A stretch of 64,000 nt of DNA, from the NCBI GenBank assembly GCA_951406725.2, contig OX597840.1:37634001-37698000 (forward strand), written 5' to 3'. Under the pieces are notes generated by a model. That model was not told the origin of the DNA. It did no database searches and was given only the letters and a program-made list of their open reading frames with translations. A program made the position numbers and the translations under genes. This DNA is from Octopus vulgaris (Eukaryota). Numbering within the stretch: the first letter of the stretch is position 1; each line of letters opens with the position of its first letter. Positions 14,317 through 29,482 of this stretch are shown piece by piece.

Positions 14317-15827
14317 TATATGACGATGATGATGTAGGCATTGGTCACCTCTGCAGAACCTTTCAGGTTTAGATTACTCTTTGACTATTCCAGGTTGAAA
14401 CCGCCCCCCACCCCTTACATGTCAATCCGTGCCAATAAATAAACGTTGTACCAGATGCGGTGTCTGAAACATAACACCAAATGTGATTTTGATTGCAGAA
14501 GAAGCAGCATTGATCATACGACTGCTGGCTCAGTACATTACCGGTGGTTAAAAAAACAGCTAAATGTAAGAAACAGTAAAAAAAAAACGAAGCATTAAAT
14601 AATATTTTCAAATATGTCTGAAGAAAAGGCGGGATACATCGATATTGATAATCAGTTTGATCGATAAAGATTTGCCTAGGGCTGAAGAGGAACCACTACA
14701 AAACCGAAGAAAATTTTGTGATGATCTTCTACATAAACAATGGAGAACTTTGATCATTAGTCTCATCAATATGTTTTAACTTAGGGCTGATCAACAACAG
14801 CAACAACAACAGCAACAACAGCCACAACAAGAACCACAACACCAACAATTACAACAGTTACAATTAACCGGTTGCATTTGGAAATATATTCCTCGATAGA
14901 CTACGTCTGAACACATCGAAAAAGAAAACCAAACGGGATGGCTATGGCTGGGAAATAGATCACAGGTCTGTGCTAAGTATTGGAGGTTGACCTGAAGCTA
15001 AACAAACACATCAAACAAAGAAGCGAAATATTGTATTGTGTAGAGACGAATAGCGAGGAGATGAAACAGTTCGAGGTGCAAAGACAGAGAGGAGAGAAAC
15101 GGAAGCGGCAGAATTATACAGGAATGGTAAAAGTGGATTCTAGTCAAATACAACGGAAGTACTGTGCGACATGGTTACAGAAGACATTTAAATGGTTTTG
15201 TAATCAATATGTCTCTTCAATGGTACTCGGTTTAATTTACAATTCAAGGTATAGACATACGCACAGGTACACACAGACGCGCACACAGTTTTGTACATAC
15301 ATGCATACATATATACATACATACATATTTACGTATATATACACATATATGTTACCGCATTCATGTAAATGTGTACATATGCTTTCGTTCATTGATTCAG
15401 AATCCAGTATGCTTGCATACGTATATAGATATACACACACACAAACACACATATGTATACACATACCCGCGAATACATACGCGTTTATGCATGTATGTAT
15501 ATGGAAGGTCATATATAAAGAGAGAGATAGTTACATGTATCTACATATATGTATATAAATACATGAATATGGCTGTGTGGTAAGAAGTTTGGTTGCCAAC
15601 TACACGTTTCAGGTTCGATCCAACTGTGGGACACATTGGATATATGTTCTACCCTGATTGTCTTTTTTCCGTCCCCCAACCTCGGCTTGATAACCTGTGC
15701 CGGGAGGTTTACGCCTCGGGACATAGTGGTTCGGCATTACTAATCGATGGAATAATATAAGGTCTGAAAAAATAACATCAGTGACGTAGTATTGTTGCAT
15801 TTAATGATTGAAAAAAGTCAAGATTGA

Positions 15828-15868
<41 letters not shown>

Positions 15869-15872
<4 letters not shown>

Positions 15873-16256
15873 TGTGGGGTAAGTATATTGCTTACCAACC
15901 ACATGGTTCTGGGTTCAGTCCCACTGCGTGGCACCTTGGGCACGTGTCTTCTACTATAGCCTCGGGCAGACCAAAGCCTTGTCAGTGGATTTGGTAGACG
16001 GAAACTGAAAGAAGCACGTCGTATATATGTATATGTATATATGTGTGTATGTGTTTGTGTGTCTGTCTTTGTCCCCACCTCCCACCATCGTTTGACAACC
16101 GATTCCGGTATATGCGTCCCCGTAAACGTAGCGGTTCAGTAAAAACGTCTGATAGTATAAGTACTAAGCTTTCAAACAATAAGTCCTGGGGTCGATTTGT
16201 TCGATTAAAGGTGATGCACCAGCATGGTTCCAGTCAAATGAATGAAACAAAACGAA

Positions 16257-16258
<2 letters not shown>
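15869..16258 (+). mobile_element. SINE family A, near full length
   Basis: tggctgtggggtaag...gggttcagtcccactgcgtggcaccttgggcacgtgtcttctactatagcc...ccagcatggttccagtcaaatgaatgaaac. Confidence 0.9.
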
Positions 16259-16302
<44 letters not shown>

Positions 16303-16883
16303 ATATATATATGTATATATATAGCTATATATATATATGTATATACATACATTTATGGATGCTTACATGTATGTATACACACACACATATATACATCCAT
16401 ATATATATATATACATATGTACACACATACATACTTACATACATGCACACATAGATACATCCACACACATACATACATAGATAGATACGTACGTACGTAT
16501 CTACATACACATATATACAATCATACATCCTATGATTATGCAAATTTTATACGGAGTTGTGTTCGTTCTACTTTCACTTTCAGTATAATTTACTAAATGA
16601 AACAAAATGACAACGAAGATAAATCTTCAAGCAAAAAAAAAAAAGAAAAAGAATAAAAGAAATTAAATTGAAGTTTATTTTTCTCTCGTAAAGGAAATAA
16701 AATGGGGTAATCACAGATGTGATTTGTATTTTTTTTTTTTCTTTTTTTTTTTTCCACTTTTCTCGAGTCTCAGAGAAAGACTGAGACGATCTATTAATTA
16801 TTCACCGAAACTGATCGTATTGTTTGGCATTTCAAGTCTCATTGTTTGAACCGGTAAAAAGCTAACGAAATTGGGTAGCGAGA

Positions 16884-16887
<4 letters not shown>

Positions 16888-16944
<57 letters not shown>

Positions 16945-17178
16945 ATAGGAGGAAGAAAAGAAGAGAGGGAGTTAATGAGAGTTTGATCTAGAAAAGAGTA
17001 GAGAGGGAGAAGAGAGAGAGAGAGAGAGAGAGATTGATAGGAGGAAGGAGAGACGAATAGAGGGAGTTAATGAGAGTTTGAATTAGAAAAGAGTAGAGAG
17101 AGAGAAGGAGAGAGAGATTGATAGGAGGAAGGAGAGACGAATAGAGGGAGTTAATGAGAGTTTGAACTAGAAAAGAGT

Positions 17179-17224
<46 letters not shown>

Positions 17225-17364
17225 TGATAGGAAGAAGAAAAGAAGAGAGGGAGTTAATGAGAATTTGAATTACAAAAGAGTAGAGAGAGAGAAAGAGTGA
17301 GAGAGATTGATAGGAGGAAGGAGAGACGAATAGAGGAGGTTAATGAGAGTTTGAACTAGAAAAG

Positions 17365-17411
<47 letters not shown>

Positions 17412-17471
17412 ATAGGAGAAAGAAGAGACGAAGTGAGGGAGTTAATGAGAGTTTGAACTAGAAAAGAGTGT

Positions 17472-17510
<39 letters not shown>

Positions 17511-17580
17511 TTGATAGGAGGAAGAAGATACGAAGAGAGGGAGTTAATGAGAGTTTGAACTAGAAAAGAGTGTAGAGAGA
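16888..17580. repeat. Purine-rich minisatellite: 7 units separated by variable (GA)n
   Basis: Unit attgataggaggaag...gggagttaatgagagtttgaactagaaaagagta; starts near 16941, 17033, 17117, 17223, 17306, 17408 and 17510. Confidence 0.9.
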
Positions 17581-17784
17581 AAGTGGGGGATAGGAAGAGA
17601 CAGCTGAAGATGGAAAGAGTTGGAAAATTTTTGTATGAAGACTTAGATTAGCTTTTTATTTTTTTAGAGAGAAAATTCAATTGAGTTATTTGAAAATAAT
17701 TACCAACAACACTGTAACCGATGTCAATCACATTGTAACAGCGACTTCAACAACAACAACAACAACAACAGCAACAACAACAAT

Positions 17785-18017
17785 CGTTTCGACTAAAAGC
17801 AGAAGGCCTGAAATTTTGTTGGAGGGGACTCTTCGATCACGTTGGCCTCCAGTGTTCAACTGATACTTAATCTGTCGACCCCCCCCCGAAAGGATTAAAG
17901 ATTAAAGGCAGGGTCGGCCTCGGCGGAATTTGAACTCAGAACGTAGAGACGAACGAAATGCCACTTCGTATTTTTCCTGTCGTGATATCCTGATAACGAT
18001 TCTGTCAGCTCGCCGCC
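17785..18017 (-). mobile_element. SINE family B (alternative tail)
   Basis: cagctcgccgcc head and ggaatttgaactcagaacg on the + strand; tail aaggcctgaaatttt. Confidence 0.8.
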
Positions 18018-18019
18018 TT

Positions 18020-18840
<821 letters not shown>

Positions 18841-18849
18841 GGGGTGTCA

Positions 18850-19132
18850 TTTCAGTAACTTTTTATGGGCAATAACAACCAAGTTTCAGAAATTAGTTGA
18901 AGAAATTCGGATTGTCACGAGGTTAGGACATGCTCCGGAAATTTCATTATTGGGAACAGTAAGCATTTCGGTGTTGAATATCGCAGAAGGAGACCCTGAG
19001 AGAACTTTTGGCAAAAGGTTGTTGCCCGCTATTATAAGATTAGCGACGGCAAATGAAATGAAGAGCTCAAGAGAAGTGAAATAGAAACAGCCACGAGAAT
19101 AGTAATAATAATAGTAATAATGATAATAATAA
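18850..19132 (+). mobile_element. 3' end remnant of an RLE-type (R4/Dong-like) non-LTR retrotransposon
   Basis: Translation WAITTKFQKLVEEIRIVTRLGHAPEISLLGTVSI resembles the R4/Dong C-terminal consensus GALGxxxxxxxxxxxxIGIxxxxxxxQKxALLGTARI; an AAT-rich tail follows. Confidence 0.55.
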
Positions 19133-20234
19133 GGATACGAAGAGGAAAACGAGGAAGAAGATGAAATAGAAGTGGATGCAGAGGAGGAGGAGGAGGAAGA
19201 GGAGGATAAGGAGTGTGATGTGGAGATGGAGACACAGAACTCAAATACTTAGAAATCAATTGTAGCGTTTAAAATTGCTGTATCTACGAGCCAAAAATAT
19301 TTTTAATACTGTCTCCGGATTATAGAGGCTGTTAAGGAAGCGTTTATATTTATATGCTGTTAAGATAACGGTGTATTAAGAATTAAGAGATTAAGAAGGA
19401 TGTAGCTGCCGGGGATGAAACAGAAATACAAAAAAACAAAATGTTAAAATCAAACAGGAAAAAAAAAGAAGATAATATTAAACAAATTAAAGGAGAAAAA
19501 AAAATCAAAAAAATATATGAATAAAAATTACGAAGTATCAAAATAATGAGGGCCGGGGAAAATACCCGAAGATTCATAAATATGATAAATGGAAATATGA
19601 TGGCGTAAATGAAGCGGGTATAATATATTTTTCTTTCTGACTGTGAGAATCTTATACTTTATATAGCGACAGATTACATATATAGGTCCGTATCTTTGTT
19701 TGTCTGTCTATCTATCTGACTGTTTCTCTCTTTCTCTCTCTCAAACACACACGCACATAGGCATACATACACCCCCTCACACACCCCCTCAGTCTTTTTC
19801 TGTCACACATATTTCCACCCTCTCTCACTCACCTACACACATTCATGAATCATTGCAATATTGAAATAAATATGACAGCCATTTTAGACACAAACGCACA
19901 TACCGTTGTCGATTTTATTTCCTGTTGCAAATGCATATCTAGGTTGTCAGCTAAATTCATTGAGACTTCATGGGTGTGTGTGTGTGGGGGGGGGGGTAGT
20001 ATCTTTTGCAATATTCTTTGAGTTCACACTAAAGACACATTTTAACGTGTGTCATGCCATTTTTGTTTTCTTAAGCTCTATTTTTCCCTTTGAAACTATT
20101 ATTTATCGTCTTTGAAATTTGAATAAATTTTTGCACTTTTTCAGACACATGATGGATTGTCAAGCTGAAAGAAAACGAACGAATTTATCCGACAAACCAC
20201 GATACATACAAACAACACACACACATATATATAC

Positions 20235-20294
<60 letters not shown>

Positions 20295-21084
20295 TGTATG
20301 TTGAATAATCTTTGTCATGTAAATGACAATACAAGACCGTTCCAGTACAAGTGTCTCTGTGATACATTCAGTATTGTCTGACGAAGTAGTCCATTATATA
20401 GCCGTATATTTCTCAGTAAGTAATTAGAACAATGTTGTCTGTATCGGCATACGAGGCTTTTGAAGGCTAATACCAAACGTAAACCGAGTCTTGAGACGCA
20501 GCATATTCTGGACAATTCCCGATTTGTTTTCTGTTAGTTACCACGATATGGATTACTGAGTATTTCAAGCAATTAAGGAGGCATGAGGCTCATAAGCCTT
20601 AGTTGATGGTACACTCATTTAGCGAGCAATTTAATTATTATGAAAACACGAAGCCTTTCACTTGTGCACATTGATTATTTTCTGTTCAATTACCTAAGAA
20701 ATACAAAACGTATGAAATTTAACGTCGTATCTGAAGGAACAAAACAAACGTCGCAGCAAAGCAAAACAGACATAGATTTGCAACAAACTTCTAAAAGTAA
20801 ATACTGTAGAGATGGACGTAGAAATTGTATTATAAAAGAAAACTGCAAGTAAATGCTGAAGGGACCAGTTCAAGAAAGTAGTCCCAGATATGCAAAATAG
20901 TGTGCAAGATGTGGGCTGACATTTCAGTGCTTAAAGATATGAATGGAACGAACATACTATTGAACGAAAACGCATGACTGGCCATGTAGCGTGCAAGTGT
21001 ATTAAACGGGAAAATCAACGTCCTATACATATACATACATACATATACATACATACATATATACATACATACATACATACATAT

Positions 21085-21132
<48 letters not shown>

Positions 21133-21253
21133 TGTTTTAGATGAGCCAATTACGAGTTCACCGAATCTTGATGGAAATAAATTTAAGGGACACACACACA
21201 CACATACACGCATTCCCCAATATCAATATACGCATAGATAAGCTTATAAATAA

Positions 21254-21295
<42 letters not shown>

Positions 21296-22273
21296 TATTG
21301 CCATTTGCTCTATATATTGGCATATATATTTATCTGTTGCCTATAAGTTGTTATTATCTCTGCAACAGCAGCTAAACTGCATAGGAGTAAATATTTAGCT
21401 AGCTTCCAAAATAACGACTCAATAATCACACAAGAAAACGCATACTCATAGATACAAAGACGCACAAAGACACGTATATATAAGTATATTTACTTACACA
21501 CAGACAGACGCAAGCACACACACACACCAGGTTTATGTTTGTGTATATAGACTATGACGGCAGGGATATGCCCCAATTGCTGTCCCCTGATTGCTACGAA
21601 GCAGAGTTGCTATTTTTAAAGATAGGAAACGCCTGTCTCCGTGTGGAATTGTCATGTATTTCATCAATGCCAGTAATATCAAATGTTGCTTTGAAACCAC
21701 TGATTTAAATGTAAACACCGATGAGAAACGTGAACATAAATGAAGGCACCTAATTGTAGCAAGACAATTTATTTGATTTCTGGTGATTCTGAAGTTCGGA
21801 AAAATCCTGAAACAAATTCAGTAAGCCAAGAATTATATTTAAACTAAATAAACTAAATAAAAAAAAATCAACGTCATTTCTTGCATTATTTGTATATATG
21901 ATATTTGTAACGTACAAAGCAACACCACAAACTACTGGAAGACATTTTTACCTTAGCATTCTTCTGCATCTTTCACGCAAACAACATACTTATTGATGGT
22001 CAAGGATTGTAAGTCAAAAACCCAACAAACAAACAAAAGAAAACAAGAAAAAAAAAACAATGAAACAAAAAAAATTGCCTAAACGCCACGAAATAACTAT
22101 CAAACCAAAAATCTTCTCCACCAAACATATATAAGCTGCCTACCAATTCATTCTTCTGATATTTGCAGGTCGCTAGAAGGAAAAACCAAAATCGATAATT
22201 CTGGCAGCAATTACATTTCATGCAATGATAAAATTCGGTTTTCAGCCAAACATAGCATTAGTCTAATCTAGAA

Positions 22274-22337
<64 letters not shown>

Positions 22338-22364
22338 TAGACTTATATATACATATATGGACTT

Positions 22365-22401
<37 letters not shown>

Positions 22402-22427
22402 TAGACTTATATATACATATATGGACT

Positions 22428-22504
<77 letters not shown>

Positions 22505-22755
22505 GTGTGTGTGTGTGCGTGTGTTTCTATACATATATACATATATACTTATGTCTGTGTGTGCGTGTGTATGATGTGTATGATGTGTGTGTGTGTGTAT
22601 GTGTGTCTGCATAACAACTTATTTTTTTTCGTGCTTGACTTTCATTTTTTACTTTTATTTTTATCCCCGCGAGACAGGACATCTTTTCGGAGCCATTTTG
22701 TCTTCGAGCTATACAATATTTTATCGTCTGGCACACACAAAACCATAAATTCACG

Positions 22756-22835
<80 letters not shown>

Positions 22836-22948
22836 GCACAACAAATATAAACGTATATATATATACATACATATATATATATGTATATATATATATATGC
22901 ATATACACACACACACATATATATATAGGTGTGTGGATGTGTGTGCGT

Positions 22949-22980
<32 letters not shown>

Positions 22981-23178
22981 TCAAGCAAGCACACATTTAC
23001 ACACACATATGTAGGATGTGTGTGTGTGTGCGCGTTTGTCGTTGTTTTCCGTACAGTTCTTTTTTGTAAGTAATACATATTTAAGTATAATATGCATACA
23101 TAAATATGTAACTATTTGCATGTCTGTAATTATATTGAAAAATTATATTTATAAAATACAATACATAATTATGCATAG

Positions 23179-23258
<80 letters not shown>

Positions 23259-23428
23259 GTATATATATATAAACACATATACATATATATATATATTTAT
23301 ATATATATGTATGATATATATCTATCTATATATATGTATAATATATATATATATATCTTGATATATATAATGTGCATATACATTTATGTGTATATATATG
23401 CATACCTATATCTCTATATATATACCCA

Positions 23429-23465
<37 letters not shown>

Positions 23466-23632
23466 GTTTGTCTCTCAATATATATATGTTTGCGTGTGTG
23501 TGTGCGTGTATGTACACATAAGATTTATGCGTTTTAGTAACCATATATCACTACTCCTCTCTCTTTACAACTATACATACACACCCTCACAACACACAGA
23601 CACACACACGCACTCGCACACACACTCACACG

Positions 23633-23665
<33 letters not shown>

Positions 23666-24134
23666 AATTATGTACACATATACGGAGAAAATGAGAGTGA
23701 GAGAGACTTATCTCGTCGTTTTATGATCACTTGTTACGATGTTAATTACTTCGCAAGAAGCCATTTACCGCTGATGTTTTCTCTGTGTTCCAATCTCTGT
23801 GCATTTAAATATAAACAATGGCGACTTTTTATGACAGTCTTTGCCCCTCCCTCGCATCGTACTATATATTGCTGTTGTTTATCTCCAAATCGTATAGGAT
23901 TATAGGCGTTCTAGCCACGACCATTCGTCCACCATCGTTCCAGGCATGTGTATCTGTAATCCTATCATTTCACAATATTTTTGCTTGTTATCCTTATAAA
24001 GCAGCTAGCGTTTGATTTAACTGTGGTTTGACTGCTATTTTTAGCAGATATTCATGAGTACATATCACGTAGAGGAAGCTGTTCTTACTTAGTGTATGTT
24101 CTTCAGTCACTCTATTGTATTTTTCACAGTCATC

Positions 24135-24525
24135 GTTGGATGAACGCATGGAAGCAACCTGTGTATAATTTATAGATTACATTCAAACGTATTGTCAGCC
24201 TGGACAGGAATAGAAACCGCTCATGGATCTGTAAGAAGTTCATCACATCTCACCTGGAAGGCTGAGTTTTTGCTATCCAAGAACAGCAGACAGCTACTAA
24301 ATACTTAACTAAAAAAATTAGATAACGATACCTCAAAACCATTGCTCTGTGATCTATCAGAAACCAGCGTGGAAGATATCACTCTCGAAGAACTCTCGAA
24401 GAGTTGTCCAGTAATTCTCGAAGAATTGTCCACGAGATACAATCTTCCCACGAGGCATGACGTTGATCCTGAGACAGCCTTGAATGCATTTTGCACGGAT
24501 CATATTAATACTATAGCTACATAGC
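24135..24525 (+). pseudogene. R4/Dong-clade non-LTR remnant (post-RT region, zinc knuckle, RHD motif)
   Basis: Reads LDRNRNRSWICKKFITSHLEG*VFAIQEQQTATKYL, then after a frame change LCDLSETSVEDIT...SCP...STRYNLPTRHD; matches the EG-x3-AIQEQ-x3-TKY / Cx2C..EDxxHxxSxC / RHD pattern, with stops and lost ligands. Confidence 0.75.
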
Positions 24526-24963
24526 CTGGGACTTTTTTGAGAGTAAGAGGCTGGACAATTAAATCGATGCCAGCGCTCAATAGGTATTTATTACATCGAT
24601 CCTGAAAGAATGAAAGGCAAAACGAAACTCAGAGGAAAAATATATCCAACAACTGCTTGACAATTAAAATTTGGATGAAGTGAAATTCATTTTATTATCT
24701 CCAATTAAAAAATATATGCGTGTAATTCTATAACATATAATTGAAAAATTAATAACAACTGCATAAACTCATTTAAAACGTGCCCTGTAATTATCCATGA
24801 TGAAGTGTCAATCAAGTGGCTTATTTAAGCATACATTATATATATATATATATATATATATAAATATATATATATCTGTGTGTGTATATGTATATATATG
24901 TATATATATACATGCATATATACATACACATACATATATATGTGTATACTTATGTATATATAT

Positions 24964-25006
<43 letters not shown>

Positions 25007-25131
25007 TCTATATATACATACACATATACGTATACATATATATATGTATGTAAGTATGTATATATGAATATATATATATATATTATATCTATCTATCTAT
25101 CTATATATATATCTATCTATCTATCTATCTA

Positions 25132-25180
<49 letters not shown>

Positions 25181-25692
25181 GTGATTGTGTGCGTGAGTTT
25201 TAGCTAAGTTATAATATGACCCGTTCCAGTTTTATAGCAAGCGCATAATTGATAATAATTGATGATAAATGTATTTCTATACGGAGATAATGTATCGTTG
25301 TTCTCCCTCACAAACACTACATTCTAACAAGAGAAATATCACCCTCCGAGCGATTTCTCGTAAGCCCTGAAGCTTCTCTGCCTGCAGAACCCCAAACGCA
25401 ATAGCTGGAAATCATATACTGGTTGGGAACATGCAGGAGCCAAACAAATTAAGTAGGAAAGAATTCCGCGAAATGGCCACACTAGAAGCAGTATTCGGTT
25501 ATAAATGTTGAGGATTTGGCCGAGGGATAATGACATAATGACTCCACTTTCTTAGAGGTATTCCAACACCTACAGTATATATATATATATAGGTAGATAG
25601 ATCGATAGATAGATAGATAGGTAGATAGATAGATAGATAGAAAGATAGATGGATAGATTATTGATAGATAGATAGATAGATAGATAGATAGG

Positions 25693-25757
<65 letters not shown>

Positions 25758-25922
25758 GTGTGTATTTTTGCCTTGTTAACAATTCACACTGAAAAAATAG
25801 ATAAATAGTACCAGGGTAGCAAAAACTCACACAAGTAAAGAGGTTGTAACTTCTTGTTTTTAAAGGTAGAAACTTCGAGTTAAACTTATTTATTTATTTC
25901 TCTCTCTCTCTCTCTCTCTCTT

Positions 25923-25973
<51 letters not shown>

Positions 25974-26577
25974 ATATATATATATACGCACACACAGACA
26001 CAAGCATACACACGCACATACATATACACACATACATACTGTTTAGGGTCCCATTAGAAGTAGGATCAGCTAGAAACATTCTCCTGTAACTGATCCATTT
26101 AATATACACAAATAGGAAACAGCTGTTAAACGGTTTCATGTTTTAAGCTACATTGACTTGTGAGATTTATATAATATCCGCTCCCAATCCAGCGTCCTGG
26201 CCTTTAAAACCATCTCGTGTGTGATTGTTCGCGCGTTTGTAGTTGTGGGTGTGCGTTTGTGTCGATGTGCGTATGCATATCTACTAGAAACAGCCGTAGT
26301 TTCCTTTTATGCAAGAAACAAAAGAAAACTCAGTACACATAATGCAGCTGATCTATAGATGAATCCAATAATGCCACCCACTCCTTCCACCACAACACCA
26401 ACTGGCTCTCTGTAAATTTTACAGGGTTCTGATGAATAGGATAAGATTCATCGAACCTTTCACTTGAACAAGGATGTGTCTAACTACTCCTTGTTATGGC
26501 GAACGTGGATTCTTTTCAAATCGTTCTTCAGTCGGTCGCTCCTCGTGGCTTTTTTAAATCATCTGCGCCACTCAATG

Positions 26578-26795
26578 TACCACAAGGGGCTAAACACAGA
26601 GGGGACAAACAAGGACAGACATAGGTATTAAGTCGATTACATCGACCCCAGTGCGTAACTGGTACTTAATTTATCGACCCCGAAAGGATGAAAGGCAAAG
26701 TCGACCTCAGCGGAATTTGAACTCACAACGTTGCGCCAGATGAAATACCGCTAAGCATTTCGGCCTGCACGCTAACGTTTCTGCCAGCTCGCCAC
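26578..26795 (-). mobile_element. SINE family B with 16-bp flanking direct repeat
   Basis: Full body on the minus strand; cgccactcaatgtacc at 26566-26581 and 26790-26805. Confidence 0.92.
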
Positions 26796-27563
26796 TCAAT
26801 GTACCGTTCGCTGTTCCACAGTACAACCAACTTTCCCAAAATTAAGAACAATGCCGTAATTCTTAACCCCAGACTACAGTCACAATGGTATTCTTTATTA
26901 TTTACTGGTTCTCAAAATTTTAGTCCTTGGAGAAGAAGTGTTACTCTTTTCCATCGACTGAGACGTCGATTCCGGATCATAATCATGCGATCGCTTTTCA
27001 TCCGCTATCACCAAATCAGAAAATACATTCGTGGGCTCCAATCACTTCCTTCATCTCAAGCGACAACTGACAAGATAACTCTGTTACAAATTTCGATACT
27101 TAAAGTCTTCCACCATCTTCTGTAAAGCTTTCTAACCTTTGACAAGAGGTGGAAACTCATGGGTTGTGTCTCGTCTGTCGTGAACATCAATTTGTCTACA
27201 CGCTGGCGATTCAGATCAGTTTTATCATCGTTGTCTCCCGACGAAGAGTTATTAATCAACATTGATCTTGTCAAAGATGCAATTTATAAAAAGCAATCAC
27301 TGGTCAATGTCGGGCAGCCTGCTCCCTACCTTCGCCAAACATTCAATGAAGATATGTTACAGATGCTTGCCTCCCATTACTTGTCTGCAGTGAAGAACAG
27401 GAAGAAAAATAAACGTATGCAATTTAAGCGACGGCGCACATCAGCAAAACCTTGTCTACGGCTGCCATACTTTCGGAAGAATCCCTGTACATTTGTGCGA
27501 GTATGTAATGCGCTCTGTGTGTGTGTGTGTGCTTGTGCATAAGGTTGTGTGAGGTGTGTTTAC

Positions 27564-27617
<54 letters not shown>

Positions 27618-27770
27618 TTATACAAGTATGCATATATATGTATATATATATATATATATACATATATATGTATATATATATATACATATATATATGTATG
27701 TATATTTATACAAGTATGTATATATATGTATATATATATGTGTGTATCTCTATCTATCTATCTCTATCTA

Positions 27771-27827
<57 letters not shown>

Positions 27828-28072
27828 TCATATATATATACAGTGAGAGAGAGTATGTGTTTGTCAGAGTGTGTGTATATATATATATGTTTGTGTGTGT
27901 AGGTGTGTGTCCGTCTCTTCTTAATGTGATTTTAATTCTGTTTAACACTTCTTTGACTAAATGCACATTAGCTGCAAACACATTAACTGCCGGAGACATT
28001 CCACGAATCCTAATTTCCAAATCGAAAGAATCGAAATTCCATCGTCTACATTGCTATCAGCACTGTCGTAAG

Positions 28073-28163
28073 AATAATAATAATAATGATGATGATGGTA
28101 ACAATAATAATAATAATAATAATGACAATGATAATAATAATAATAATAATGATAATAATAATA

Positions 28164-28221
<58 letters not shown>

Positions 28222-28262
28222 TGATGATGATGATAATAATAATAATAATAACAATAATAATG

Positions 28263-28317
<55 letters not shown>

Positions 28318-28361
28318 TGATGATGATGATGATAATAATAATAATAATAACAATAATAATG

Positions 28362-28425
<64 letters not shown>

Positions 28426-28652
28426 TAATAATAATAATGATAAAAATATTAATCGCGATGATTATGATGATCATGATGATGGTGGTGATGATGATGATGG
28501 TGGTGGTGGTGGTGGTGGTGGTAGTGGTGTTGATGATGATGATGATGATGATAGTGTTGTCGATGTTGGTGGTGGTGATGATGATGATGATGATGATGAT
28601 GGTGATGTTGTGGTGGTGGTTGTGATGATGATGTTGAAGATGATGATGCTGG

Positions 28653-28693
<41 letters not shown>

Positions 28694-28795
28694 CTGGTGG
28701 CGGTGGTGATAGTGGTCGTGGTTACGATGATGACGATGATGATGATGATGTTAATAACGATGATGATAGCAATAATGAGAATCACTATTATTATT
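28073..28795. repeat. Compound (AAT)n/(GAT)n/(GGT)n microsatellite
   Basis: Direct observation; source of the spurious 437-aa poly-N/D ORF. Confidence 0.95.
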
Positions 28796-29247
28796 AATTT
28801 CGTTAATTATTTAGTTTCTTTTTCCCCGATTTAATGTGGTTATTCCTTTAATGAATTAATGAATGAAAATTCCCTTCGCTGTCTCCCTTTTGCTTTGGCC
28901 AAATGCAACTTCGACTCTTTTGAGAAATTTGGTAAATGCAGAATGGCAAACTGCTTCTGCAATTGAAACACTTCTCTCATTAAAACTGTGAGCATCCCAG
29001 CTTCATCTGTTTGCTTCCCACATCCTTCTCCTCGCGTCTCTGATCAATAAAGAAACTACGACCATCGACAAACTGTAAGGTTTGGAATACCATAATCAGC
29101 AATGCCAGCAACATCAGCGAGGGTCTAAGTCTATAACATCGCCCCCAGTGCGTAACTAGTATTTATTTTAGCGACGCCGATAGGATGAAAGGCAGAGCAA
29201 ACCTCAGCAGAATTTGAACTCATATTGGAATTTAAAAAACGGAGAAA

Positions 29248-29482
29248 TATCTATGTCTTTAGTACCCACAAGGGGCTAAACACAGAGGGGATCAACAAGG
29301 ACAGACAAAAGGATTAAGTCGATTATATAGGCCCTAGTGCGTAACTGGTACTTAATTTATCACCCCCAAAAGGATGAAAGGCAAAGTCGACCTCGGCCGA
29401 ATTTGAACTCAGAAGGTAACGGCAGACGAAATACCGCTAAGCATTTCGCCCGGCGTGCCAACGTTTCTGCCAGCTCGCCGCC
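29248..29482 (-). mobile_element. SINE family B, full length (further fragments at 29137-29222 and 29535-29600)
   Basis: tacccacaaggggctaaacacagagggg...gaatttgaactcaga...ctgccagctcgccgcc. Confidence 0.9.

Noticed and set aside
14980-15200. ORF weakly like an RTE C-terminus (also 13700-14100 minus)
   Set aside because: Key motifs are not preserved; cannot be supported by eye.
16940-17580. CRISPR-like repeat-spacer look
   Set aside because: Spacers are only (GA)n, the context is eukaryotic and there are no cas genes.
26830-27500. Non-repetitive stretch with short acidic ORFs (possible exon or piggyBac N-terminus)
   Set aside because: Frames are interrupted and no domain is recognisable.
27521-28834. 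Longest ORF (437 aa)
   Set aside because: Made of TA, AAT, GAT and GGT microsatellites; low-complexity artefact, as are nearly all YIYI/LSIY/CVCV ORFs.
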